Virus record (IMG/VR): IMGVR_UViG_3300022752_000030
Span: 47,238-111,237 of that record
Reading direction: 5' to 3' (one strand)
From: a virus
DNA length: 64,000 bases
Shown here: in pieces, positions 1 to 7,719 of the stretch
How positions within the stretch are numbered: position 1 is the first letter of the stretch
Layout: each line of letters begins with the position of its first letter
Position numbers and translations under genes: made by a program
The notes under the pieces: model-generated
What the model saw: the letters and a program-made list of their open reading frames with translations, nothing else
The model's database searches: none
What the model was told of the DNA's origin: nothing

Positions 1-1
1 T

Positions 2-29
2 ATTGTACACGAATTAAAATGATTGTCAA
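2..29 (-). promoter_or_regulatory. sigma70-type promoter TTGACA-16-TACAAT for genes left of the window
   Basis: Minus strand reads TTGACA (29-24), 16 nt spacer, TACAAT (7-2). Confidence 0.65.
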
Positions 30-60
30 CACCTGTGTTGTTTTTTTACAACTTGTTTTT

Positions 61-150
61 TGGCGGTGCGACTGAGATTCGAACTCAGAAGCCGGTGTTA
101 ACCGACCGAAGGATTAGCAATCCTCTCCAATACCGTTATGGGACCGCACC
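61..150 (-). tRNA. tRNA-Ser (anticodon GCT), encoded CCA
   Basis: Reverse complement has acceptor stem GGTGCGG/TCGCACC, anticodon arm GAGGA-TTGCTAA-TCCTT, long variable arm, TTCGAAT T-loop and 3' GCCA; 90 nt class II tRNA. Confidence 0.95.
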
Positions 151-277
151 ATTGAAATGCTTTAACATTATCGGCTATTGAACAATATTTTCCTATTTGA
201 ATTTTTGTTCCTTCACCCCATTGAAAAATAGCTATGTGATTTGATCCATAAGTGTGATCACCACATATTAATGACAT
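98..277 (-). pseudogene. N-terminal fragment of a CatB/Vat-like hexapeptide O-acetyltransferase, truncated at the tRNA
   Basis: Manual translation MSLICGDHTYGSNHIAIFQWGEGTKIQIGKYCSIADNVKAF then runs into tRNA sequence; IGKYCSIA is the typical left-handed beta-helix acetyltransferase motif; ATG abuts upstream TAA. Confidence 0.6.
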
Positions 278-787
278 TTAAATATTTTTCCATTTGATTG
301 GTGTTGATACTATCGGCAAAGCAGGATTTCTAAATTCTTCAAGTATTTCCCACAGATGTTCGGAAATTGCAAACTTAGTTAATAATCCAGATTCACGTCC
401 ATAAGCATCAATTTCCCACGGATGGGACCAATATTCAACTTTATCGGAATCTATTTTTTCTCCGCGCCACATAGAGAGTTGATCATTCGTTTCATTGAAC
501 GCAAATTGCTTTAAATGCACCATTTCGTGAGCCAAAGTTTCGAGTATTCTCCTCGCACCTATTCCTGGATGCAACTCTATTAAAAAATCTCTAGCTTGTT
601 TTGCGGTATTATAATCTTCAACCAGACAATAACCATATTCTTGTAATTTTCCATCAAAACGAATTTTGACAGAACAGTTATTTCGTATTCTGGTATTTTT
701 GATTAATTCTTTTGAATAAAAAGAAGCGGCTCTTTCAACAAATGGTTTAAAGTCTTTGTCTGGACAATTAAATACTTTAATTTGCAT
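278..787 (-). CDS. SprT-like/zincin metallopeptidase
   Basis: HExxH motif TLAHEMVHLKQ and downstream PWEIDAY. Confidence 0.75.
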   Translation of the reverse strand: MQIKVFNCPDKDFKPFVERAASFYSKELIKNTRIRNNCSVKIRFDGKLQEYGYCLVEDYNTAKQARDFLIELHPGIGARRILETLAHEMVHLKQFAFNETNDQLSMWRGEKIDSDKVEYWSHPWEIDAYGRESGLLTKFAISEHLWEILEEFRNPALPIVSTPIKWKNI

Positions 788-842
788 CTGACAACCTTTA
801 AAATAACTGTTAAAATACTTAACACTCCTAATCTATTTAGAA

Positions 843-1220
843 TTATTGAATTTTTGTTCCTAATTTCGCATCCCGATAAATGGTGGTGGTATGAATTAGT
901 TCGGGTCTAAAGTATTCTTTTAATATATCAGTAACAACACTTTCGTCATATTCTTTACACGAAAAAACATCCAGATATAAGTCACCAGTATTATCCAAAA
1001 AATGACCCATAATATTTGAAGTTTCAATTAGTTGAATGACGGTCCATCCTGCTTTGTCTGTACCATCAGCAAAATGAACAAGCTGAGGTTCACCGTAGGG
1101 TACCATATCAATTCTTTTAACTAAATCTTTTGTAAAATTTTTAATGTACAAAGAATCTTGTGCCTTATATCGATCACAATTTTTAGCATCTAACATCAGA
1201 TGTTTTCCCCAATGCATCAT
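843..1220 (-). CDS. speD: Pyruvoyl-dependent S-adenosylmethionine decarboxylase-like proenzyme
   Basis: WGKHLMLD N-terminus, LIETSNIMGHF cleavage-site region, YLDVFSCK motif. Confidence 0.85.
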   Translation of the reverse strand: MMHWGKHLMLDAKNCDRYKAQDSLYIKNFTKDLVKRIDMVPYGEPQLVHFADGTDKAGWTVIQLIETSNIMGHFLDNTGDLYLDVFSCKEYDESVVTDILKEYFRPELIHTTTIYRDAKLGTKIQ

Positions 1221-1708
1221 ATCTTTTTAACCTCAATTCCTGCTTTTTCTAGAAAATTTAGACCACTTTCGTCCCTATAAGAATTTCTATAATAGAGAGA
1301 GTTAATACCTGATTGATAAACTAATTTTGCACATTCAATGCAAGGTGCATGTGTAACAAACATTATCGAGTCTTGACCAGATTCATTACTTTTTGCTAAC
1401 TTTGCAATTGCATTACTTTCAGCATGAATCACTTCTGGTTTTGTTTTGGTACCGTACCAAGCATTTTTATTTGGACACCACTTCCAACCTCTCATGACAA
1501 AATTATTAGAACCTAATTCTGGATTATCTTTCGTCCATTCAATAGTTTCACAATCATTGTCCCAACCAGCTGGCGTTCCATTATAACCAATAGAAATGAT
1601 ACGATTATCTTTTACGATAACAGCACCAACTTTTAATCTTTTAGCTGAAGATAACTTACCGAACCTTTCGGCAGTATCCATGAACGCTTCAATCCATTTT
1701 TGTTTCAT
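1217..1708 (-). CDS. cd: dCMP deaminase (start likely ATG 1708, overlapping upstream TAA)
   Basis: VGAVIVKD, SIGYNG, HAE and PCIEC zinc motifs. Confidence 0.93.
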   Translation of the reverse strand: MKQKWIEAFMDTAERFGKLSSAKRLKVGAVIVKDNRIISIGYNGTPAGWDNDCETIEWTKDNPELGSNNFVMRGWKWCPNKNAWYGTKTKPEVIHAESNAIAKLAKSNESGQDSIMFVTHAPCIECAKLVYQSGINSLYYRNSYRDESGLNFLEKAGIEVKKI

Positions 1709-1887
1709 TACCATCTTCCATCATCAATGATGAGTCGAATCCAAAAAGGACCAAAATAAATTGCATTTTCAAAAACATAGCAATCAGAAGGAAATTCTTT
1801 CGTCCTATCTCTAATCCATTCGAATCTCCAGTGAAAAGGATTTAACACAAATCCAATCCAAAGTCCGGAATATTTTAACCATTTCAT
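1708..1887 (-). CDS. 59-aa Trp-rich hypothetical protein (below ORF-track cutoff)
   Basis: MKWLKYSGLWIGFVLNPFHW...IRLIIDDGRW; fills the gap exactly with ATGA and TAATG overlaps. Confidence 0.7.
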   Translation of the reverse strand: MKWLKYSGLWIGFVLNPFHWRFEWIRDRTKEFPSDCYVFENAIYFGPFWIRLIIDDGRW

Positions 1888-2072
1888 TTGATGAACTCCA
1901 AACTATCTTTTCGGATATAACGAACTGGAGTTTTATTTTGTGGTGTTTTTATGACAGGAAGAAAAGCAACACCATCAATCTCTTTGATTTCCCAATTCGA
2001 ATAGGTAAAATATTCTTCCTGATTCGTGCGGACACGAACTTTTTTTAATACAGGTACTTTAATGTTTTTCAT
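1884..2072 (-). CDS. Small hypothetical protein (start likely ATG 2072, MKNIK)
   Basis: ORF track; ATG lies just downstream of a consensus promoter. Confidence 0.7.
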   Translation of the reverse strand: MKNIKVPVLKKVRVRTNQEEYFTYSNWEIKEIDGVAFLPVIKTPQNKTPVRYIRKDSLEFIK

Positions 2073-2081
2073 AATGAATAA

Positions 2082-2117
2082 ATTATACAAAAAAGAAAGG
2101 GCTCTGTCAAGAGCCCT
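2082..2117 (-). promoter_or_regulatory. Consensus sigma70 promoter TTGACA-17-TATAAT embedded in an intrinsic terminator
   Basis: AGGGCTC-TTGACA-GAGCCCT hairpin followed by TTCTTTTTT and TATAAT. Confidence 0.85.
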
Positions 2118-2121
2118 ATTT

Positions 2122-2199
2122 TTATTTACCTTTGTTTTGGAATTTTTCAGGATTATTTAACTGATCCCATTCCTCATCGGATACAGGCCACCAGTTCAT
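2122..2199 (-). CDS. 25-aa peptide coupled to hsp20 (MNWWPVSDEEWDQLNNPEKFQNKGK)
   Basis: ATGA overlap with hsp20 stop; ends just before the terminator. Confidence 0.5.
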   Translation of the reverse strand: MNWWPVSDEEWDQLNNPEKFQNKGK

Positions 2200-2642
2200 T
2201 TTTCTTCCTTAATGGTAATTTTTTTGATAGCGTCTTGAGCTTTGATCATGTTCTCCAGCCAAACCTTGAGCATACCATTTGCCAATTCTGCATCTTTAAT
2301 TTCAACTTTATCAGCCAAAGTAAAAGTGCGTTCAAAAGAACGATTTGCAATGCCTTTGTATAGGTAATCACTTTCAGTATCATCTTTTGTTGCACCTTTG
2401 ATGATAAGTTTATTACCCTCTAAAGTCATTTCAATATCAGATTTTGCAAATCCAGCAACAGCCATTTCGATAACATATTTGTTATCTTTGACTTGTTTGA
2501 TATTGTATGGAGGATACCCAGCGACTTTTGCAGATTGTTCTGCAATTTTTTTAAGTGTGTCTAGGGTTTGATCGAAGCCAACCGTGAATGGTTGAAATTG
2601 ACCGAAAAGGTCTTTACCGAATACATCTTTCATGTATGTCAT
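2196..2642 (-). CDS. hsp20: Small heat-shock protein Hsp20 (IbpA-like)
   Basis: YPPYNI, IEMAVAGF, YLYKGIANRSF, NGML alpha-crystallin motifs; SD AAGGAG. Confidence 0.95.
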   Translation of the reverse strand: MTYMKDVFGKDLFGQFQPFTVGFDQTLDTLKKIAEQSAKVAGYPPYNIKQVKDNKYVIEMAVAGFAKSDIEMTLEGNKLIIKGATKDDTESDYLYKGIANRSFERTFTLADKVEIKDAELANGMLKVWLENMIKAQDAIKKITIKEEK

Positions 2643-2760
2643 TTGTTTCTCCTTAAAAAAGCGAAAAAGTTTTTAAAAAATCCAACCTAAAAAGCGTTGG
2701 ACCGAGTAATTTATTACTAGCCTTAACCTCGGCACTGCTAGTTCCCATCCCTGAGAATAT
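2643..2760 (-). promoter_or_regulatory. Structured 5' leader of hsp20 (GNRA hairpin, pseudoknot, hairpin, ROSE-like SD hairpin)
   Basis: TTCTCA-GGGA-TGGGAA; ACTAGC/GCTAGT crossed by CCGAG/CTCGG; TCCAAC/GTTGGA; TTCGCT opposite AGGAG. Confidence 0.55.
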
Positions 2761-2763
2761 AAT

Positions 2764-2771
2764 TATTTATA
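2764..2771 (-). promoter_or_regulatory. T4-type late promoter TATAAATA upstream of hsp20
   Basis: Exact gp55 consensus in intergenic DNA. Confidence 0.7.
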
Positions 2772-2772
2772 A

Positions 2773-3186
2773 TTATTCAGTATCTTTTTGTGGTTTTTTA
2801 CCGATATTATATTTCGGAATTAATTGCCACTCAGACTTTTCTTTATGTGAAATAATTTTAATTTGAGACAAGAAAATAGGAACTGGATTTTCCGTTTGTT
2901 CTTTTCTCACAATTTCAATTAAACCCCAATCTTGTAATAAGTTTACAATAGCATTTCTTCTTGATAAATCATTTTCAGAAATATCTGTTGGTTTTCCGTC
3001 TAATGCAAACAATTCTTTAAAGTGTACAATATAATATTGTCCTCTTTTGTGTAAAATATGGCATGACTGATACAACATCTTTTCTTTTTTAGAAGCGACA
3101 CCAATTCGTGTTAACGTTTCACGAACTTTTAAAAAATCATCTTTTTCTTTAAGTTTTACCTCAACTAAGTCTTTAATTTCTAGCAT
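2773..3186 (-). CDS. regA: Translational repressor RegA
   Basis: DDFLKVRETLTRIG, LYQSCHILHK, YIVHFKELFALDG. Confidence 0.97.
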   Translation of the reverse strand: MLEIKDLVEVKLKEKDDFLKVRETLTRIGVASKKEKMLYQSCHILHKRGQYYIVHFKELFALDGKPTDISENDLSRRNAIVNLLQDWGLIEIVRKEQTENPVPIFLSQIKIISHKEKSEWQLIPKYNIGKKPQKDTE

Positions 3187-3574
3187 TATTCTTGACTCCG
3201 CCTTTGTCTGTTTTTATTTTTATTTCAGCGATCTGTTCATCTGTGAGAATACTTAAAGCTTCCTTGGCTTTAGTATTAGAATAACCAAAATAGGTTTTCA
3301 CAACGTCAATATTCTCGTCAACTTTAGATTTTTGCCACGGTTGAAATTTCCGTTTCATAGGTCTAATACTATTTAGAAGATATTGGTATTGCATGTCTTT
3401 ATCTAGACTCGGCCATCTGTTCATTTCGTTGGCATACAAAACACAATCCAAATGATAAGACAAGGCACGGTTAACCAAGAAAGGATGATAGTCCTTTAAA
3501 TCTAACTCATCATAGATTACAGATTTTTTAGTTGTGAGTATGGATGGAATAATTTCTTTGAACAGGTCAGGCAT
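3173..3574 (-). CDS. gp62: Clamp loader small subunit
   Basis: YHPFLVNRALS, ANEMN, YFGYSNTKAKEAL; synteny 44-62-regA. Confidence 0.93.
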   Translation of the reverse strand: MPDLFKEIIPSILTTKKSVIYDELDLKDYHPFLVNRALSYHLDCVLYANEMNRWPSLDKDMQYQYLLNSIRPMKRKFQPWQKSKVDENIDVVKTYFGYSNTKAKEALSILTDEQIAEIKIKTDKGGVKNNARN

Positions 3575-3575
3575 A

Positions 3576-4178
3576 TTAATTCATCCATTGCGTTATATCT
3601 TGTTTGTTAATTCTCTTTATATACTTCTGAGAAATAGAATCTTCTTTTTTTCTAGAATCACTAAAGTCATCGGCTTCTGCAAGATTTAAATAAGGTAAAC
3701 GACCAAACATTTTTTGATATTGATAAATTTGTTCACTCTCAACCAATGATAGTAAATTTCTCATACCAACTGCTGGAACATGACTTTTTGGTATTAGAAG
3801 TGCAATATAAAAAGTCTTTTCTGAGGTAGTGTCCTCACTATACAAACTGTGATATAGTTCATACTTTCTCTTTTCAGAACCAAAATTACCATTGGGATTA
3901 CTGAACCTAGGTAGATGTTGTTTCATTCTTGCATGTGGTGCAGTAGTCAAAGAAGGCTCTCTGTGTGCTTCTTTCCTATCTGCTGTATAGTTATCTTTTA
4001 GACCCCCAGCCATACCAAAATAAAAAGTTTCCTCTAACATGAAAGGCCATTGGTTCTGTGGTGGCATAGAATCCAACCAAGAAAAAGCATATACAACACT
4101 TGTCAAGTTTTTTGTGTAATCATAAACTTTTTCTTTTGTTGTCCAAAAGAGATTCATATTTTCGTTTGTATAAATCAT
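3576..4178 (-). CDS. Hypothetical protein, possible divergent GIY-YIG-fold nuclease
   Basis: VVYAF...FYFGMA...RMKQH...VESE...LPYLN follows the GIY-YIG motif order; inserted between gp44 and gp62. Confidence 0.45.
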   Translation of the reverse strand: MIYTNENMNLFWTTKEKVYDYTKNLTSVVYAFSWLDSMPPQNQWPFMLEETFYFGMAGGLKDNYTADRKEAHREPSLTTAPHARMKQHLPRFSNPNGNFGSEKRKYELYHSLYSEDTTSEKTFYIALLIPKSHVPAVGMRNLLSLVESEQIYQYQKMFGRLPYLNLAEADDFSDSRKKEDSISQKYIKRINKQDITQWMN

Positions 4179-5107
4179 TTAAATTCACTTTCAACCATAA
4201 TTTCGGTCAAACAAGCCATTAAATTGATCTCATGATCCGCAACAAACGCTGCTTGGTATTGATACTTAGCAAGAATTAAAACCAATTGTGGTACAGAATT
4301 AGGTTTCAAGTTATCATATAATGCATCATAGATATTGCGGAAAATACGTGTTTGATCATTATCTAAATTATTGGTAACCCATTTACGACAAGACCCAAAA
4401 TCTTTATCTTTCAAAGCACCAATTAATGATTCCATCTTAACGTCAGAAATGGCAGCTAAGATTCCTTTATCAATTTTTCCACTCACACCATATCTTTGCA
4501 ATTCATTCAACACTCGCCTATTATCAGGAAAGTGTTTGGTGATTACAGAAGCGACTACTTCTTTTTCATATTCAATTTTTTCACTTTGTAATATGAACTC
4601 AACTCGACGGAAGAATTGAGAAGCCATTTTAGCTTTACTGCCATTGGCTTTAAAGTCAACTACGGTGCAACGGGAATGAATTGGATCGATGATCCTATTC
4701 TTAAAATTACAGGTGAATATAAACGAACAATTGGATGCAAATTCTTCGATGCCTGCTCGTAGGATCGCTTGAGCATTTGGTGTCAAATAGTCAGCTTCAT
4801 CTAGAATAATGACTTTACGACCGCCCACCAAGGACATAGATGATGCATAGTTCTTGATTTTTACACGAATCGTATCAACGCCGTTTTCATCAGAACCGTT
4901 GATGATGATATAATCACAACCTACTTCTTCACACATGGCACGTGCAACTGTTGTTTTACCGACACCAGCTGAACCTGCCAGAAGTAGATTGGGAATTTCT
5001 TTGCGATTTACATATTCCTGAAACGTAGACTTTAGTGTATCAGGAAGAATACAATCTTCGATTTTATTTGGGCGATATTTTTCCACCCACAACATGTGAT
5101 CTATCAT
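4175..5107 (-). CDS. gp44: Clamp loader large subunit, AAA+ ATPase
   Basis: LWVEKYRP, Walker A GSAGVGKTT, ILDEAD, SRC motif. Confidence 0.97.
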   Translation of the reverse strand: MIDHMLWVEKYRPNKIEDCILPDTLKSTFQEYVNRKEIPNLLLAGSAGVGKTTVARAMCEEVGCDYIIINGSDENGVDTIRVKIKNYASSMSLVGGRKVIILDEADYLTPNAQAILRAGIEEFASNCSFIFTCNFKNRIIDPIHSRCTVVDFKANGSKAKMASQFFRRVEFILQSEKIEYEKEVVASVITKHFPDNRRVLNELQRYGVSGKIDKGILAAISDVKMESLIGALKDKDFGSCRKWVTNNLDNDQTRIFRNIYDALYDNLKPNSVPQLVLILAKYQYQAAFVADHEINLMACLTEIMVESEFK

Positions 5108-5137
5108 TCAAAAACTCCATAATATAAAAAAATAAAT

Positions 5138-5413
5138 TCACTTCACTTCATTCATCGATTCAAACAAAGCTTCAAATTCTTTTGATTCAGCAATTTCAGT
5201 TTGAAATGAATTTTTATGTTGTGTTTTTGCCATACGTTTAAGAATCTTTTTAGGAATCTTCAATTCGTCATATGCAATATCAACAATATCTTTGATTGCC
5301 ATGTTGTTGCCATCATTTTTGTGCATATGTACAACAACTTCGTCAATATATCCTTTTAACTTTTTTAAAGCTTCTTCATCAAAAGAACCAAATAATGTAT
5401 TCACTTTAGTCAA
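5138..5413 (-). CDS. DsbA-like dsDNA-binding protein
   Basis: Size and IKDI...ELKIPKKILKRMAKTQHK pattern resemble the T4 DsbA family. Confidence 0.65.
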   Translation of the reverse strand: MTKVNTLFGSFDEEALKKLKGYIDEVVVHMHKNDGNNMAIKDIVDIAYDELKIPKKILKRMAKTQHKNSFQTEIAESKEFEALFESMNEVK

Positions 5414-5415
5414 AA

Positions 5416-6087
5416 TTATTCTCCAAATTTTGAATGTTTAGCTTCAATTGCGATCCAATATTGCATAGAACCGTCTTCACTCTTGAATGATGCCAAACCT
5501 TTAGATGAAATCTCAACTTCATAGGTATTTGACATCAACTTTAAATTATCTGTCATAAAAACAGCTTTGAATGATTTACCATTGCCCTCTGCAATTTCTG
5601 TAGCATTGATGTGTGCAGAATCATCATCAGCGTTAAAAGTTGTAACGTTAATTGCATCACCGTCTGATTCAAATGCAATGTGGGGTGATTGCAACAAACT
5701 AGCGTTCTTTAATACAGACGCCAAATCATCAGATTTGAATGTAAAAGAAACATCAACAGAAGGAATGTTCAATTCTTTTTCTGGTGCGGTAACGATAGCA
5801 GTTTTCGCTGCGGTACGATACCATGTTTTACTTTTATTTGATTTGAAAATAACATGTTTCTCATCAAAATCAATTTCACAATCTTTATTCACAGAATAAA
5901 TTGATAAAAACTGATTCAAGTCGTAGATGCAAAAATCTTTAGGAAATTCATCTTTAATAGTGGCTTTAGCCAAAATTGTTTTAGTTGGTGCCATCGTAGC
6001 CAACTTATTTCCTTTTTTGAATTCAATGTTGTTATTAATTCCAACAAAGTTTTTCAACACAGTTAATGTTTCACTCGAAATTTTCAT
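5416..6087 (-). CDS. gp45: Sliding clamp (start likely ATG 6087, MKISSETL)
   Basis: TLTVLKNFVGIN, FCIYDLNQFL, C-terminal YWIAIE; SD GGAG before 6087. Confidence 0.95.
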   Translation of the reverse strand: MKISSETLTVLKNFVGINNNIEFKKGNKLATMAPTKTILAKATIKDEFPKDFCIYDLNQFLSIYSVNKDCEIDFDEKHVIFKSNKSKTWYRTAAKTAIVTAPEKELNIPSVDVSFTFKSDDLASVLKNASLLQSPHIAFESDGDAINVTTFNADDDSAHINATEIAEGNGKSFKAVFMTDNLKLMSNTYEVEISSKGLASFKSEDGSMQYWIAIEAKHSKFGE

Positions 6088-6106
6088 AATATACTCCAAA
6101 AAATTT

Positions 6107-6135
6107 ATTGTACAATTTTTAATCAGTTTTGTCAA
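6107..6135 (-). promoter_or_regulatory. sigma70 promoter TTGACA-17-TACAAT for the gp45-44-62-regA operon
   Basis: Direct sequence match. Confidence 0.8.
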
Positions 6136-6463
6136 CTGAATATTTCACGTCATGTTCATACAAAAACATGAGACAACATAAAGCGTGTGCTAAGTGGTGA
6201 ATACCGGATTCAGAATCAACTTGTTCACCTTTTTTCCAAGCCCACACGTGTCTTTGTAAAGCGTCAAAGTACCTACGTTTTGAATCTGGTACTTTTTGCC
6301 AATTATCACGTTCATACTTTTGAGCACCAAAAGTTAAAACTTTAACTGTTTCCTCTAAAGCAAGAGGAGGAAGTAAACCATATTCTAGTTTACCTCCATC
6401 AAATTTACGTCCTAAAGTAGTTGAAAGTGATTTTTCATAATCAACCATCTCCTCAAGAAACAT
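6119..6463 (-). CDS. DUF5664 family dATP/dGTP diphosphohydrolase-like protein (start likely 6463 or 6448)
   Basis: KFDGGKLEYGLLPP, VLTFGAQKY..DNW, YFDALQRH, ESGIHHLAHA. Confidence 0.85.
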   Translation of the reverse strand: MFLEEMVDYEKSLSTTLGRKFDGGKLEYGLLPPLALEETVKVLTFGAQKYERDNWQKVPDSKRRYFDALQRHVWAWKKGEQVDSESGIHHLAHALCCLMFLYEHDVKYSVDKTD

Positions 6464-7281
6464 TACATTTCTCCGACAAAATTTGCAACAGCTGGCATGT
6501 CTCCCGTAAAGTGATATGTTCCGATGTGTTGTGTTTTCATCCAAGGGCATAACCAAATCGTACCGCCTAATTTTCTCCACAATTGACAGAACATATAGTC
6601 TTCTGAAAGATAACGATCTGATCCTCCGCCCGTTGCACTATCGATTGTATCAATCATTGTATCAAAGTATGCGTGAATATAACGTGAACCGTCAAAACTT
6701 GATTGTCCTACGTGATCTGGCCTATATCTAAGATGTGGATATGCAGCTTCAAATTTAGGAAATACCTCACGTTTAATCATCATAAATCCTGTTCCGATCT
6801 CCAGTACTTCTAGAGGCTCAGTAACACTAAATTTATCTGTACCTTTAACAGCATTGAATACGTAATCACCAGTTACTTTAGATAAATTGCTAGCGTCAAT
6901 TTGTGGATTTCTTTCCATTGCTTTTTTGACTGCTTTCCATTTGATGGCTTTCTTTGGATAGGGACCGCCAATAATATCTCTATCTAAAGCCAAAAGTGCA
7001 ATTACATCATTTGGATTAAAGTGAATATCAGCGTCCAAGAAAAGCATGTGTGTGCAATCTGATCGGTGAATAAATTCATCAACAAGATAATTTCTTGCTC
7101 GAGTAATTAAAGATTCATTGAAAAGAAATGAAAATTTAATTGTAATTCCATACTGAATAGCAAGAGCTTGCAAATCAAGGCAAGCTTTTGCATATAAACC
7201 ATGATTCATTCCACCATACATTGGTGTTGCAACGAATATGCTTTTTTTGCGTAGTTCTTCTTTTTTAATTGAAATTTCCAT
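6463..7281 (-). CDS. GT-A fold glycosyltransferase-like protein
   Basis: FVATPMYGG, ESLITRARN, FLDAD (DxD), GTGFMMIKREVF, LSEDYMFC, late His. Confidence 0.75.
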   Translation of the reverse strand: MEISIKKEELRKKSIFVATPMYGGMNHGLYAKACLDLQALAIQYGITIKFSFLFNESLITRARNYLVDEFIHRSDCTHMLFLDADIHFNPNDVIALLALDRDIIGGPYPKKAIKWKAVKKAMERNPQIDASNLSKVTGDYVFNAVKGTDKFSVTEPLEVLEIGTGFMMIKREVFPKFEAAYPHLRYRPDHVGQSSFDGSRYIHAYFDTMIDTIDSATGGGSDRYLSEDYMFCQLWRKLGGTIWLCPWMKTQHIGTYHFTGDMPAVANFVGEM

Positions 7282-7297
7282 TTTCTCTCCAAGAGTT

Positions 7298-7333
7298 AAA
7301 AAAAAGGAGATCCACTTTTGGTGGGTCTCCTTT
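7298..7333 (-). terminator. Rho-independent terminator
   Basis: AGGAGACCCAC-CAAAA-GTGGATCTCCT followed by a T run. Confidence 0.85.
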
Positions 7334-7345
7334 GCGTTTGCTTAA

Positions 7346-7615
7346 TTAAGCGTTAAAAGTGTAACCAGCAGAAATAGCGGTGCGTACCATTGATTTGGTC
7401 GGTTTACCCAAACGATAAACAGCTACTTTGCTGCCGTCACGGCGTGTTTTAGTGTTTGTATAAATTACGTGACCTTCTTTACGTAATTCTTCGATTCGAG
7501 CAGAAACATTTTGAATACCAAAACGTGCTCTTGCTTGTGCAACTGAAAGTGTGTTGTAACCTTCTGTTTTGCTCAAGAAGTTGAGGATTTTAGATTTAGC
7601 GGATAATTTAGTCAT
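7346..7615 (-). CDS. Winged helix-turn-helix DNA-binding protein
   Basis: LSVAQARARFGIQNVSARIEELRKEGHVI pattern. Confidence 0.75.
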   Translation of the reverse strand: MTKLSAKSKILNFLSKTEGYNTLSVAQARARFGIQNVSARIEELRKEGHVIYTNTKTRRDGSKVAVYRLGKPTKSMVRTAISAGYTFNA

Positions 7616-7669
7616 AATAATCTCCTAATGACAAAGTTTAACAAAATCTTGCGTATTGCAAGTTCACAA

Positions 7670-7698
7670 ATCATAACATTATATAGTGATCAAGTCAA
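7670..7698 (-). promoter_or_regulatory. sigma70 promoter TTGACT-17-TATGAT with extended -10
   Basis: Direct sequence match upstream of the HTH gene. Confidence 0.65.
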
Positions 7699-7719
7699 GT
7701 ACTTTTGTGGTACACTTGA

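Noticed and set aside
1-60. tRNA-associated self-cleaving (HDV-like/theta) ribozyme after tRNA-Ser
   Set aside because: The trailer is AT-rich promoter sequence with no nested pseudoknot
6119-6463. Calling this a Z-genome (2-aminoadenine) phage
   Set aside because: DUF5664 alone is insufficient; no purZ in the window
6464-6580. Extended N-terminus of the DUF5664 ORF (also gp45 to 6135 and ORF to 2090)
   Set aside because: Extensions overlap upstream genes or promoters; better starts with SD or coupling lie downstream
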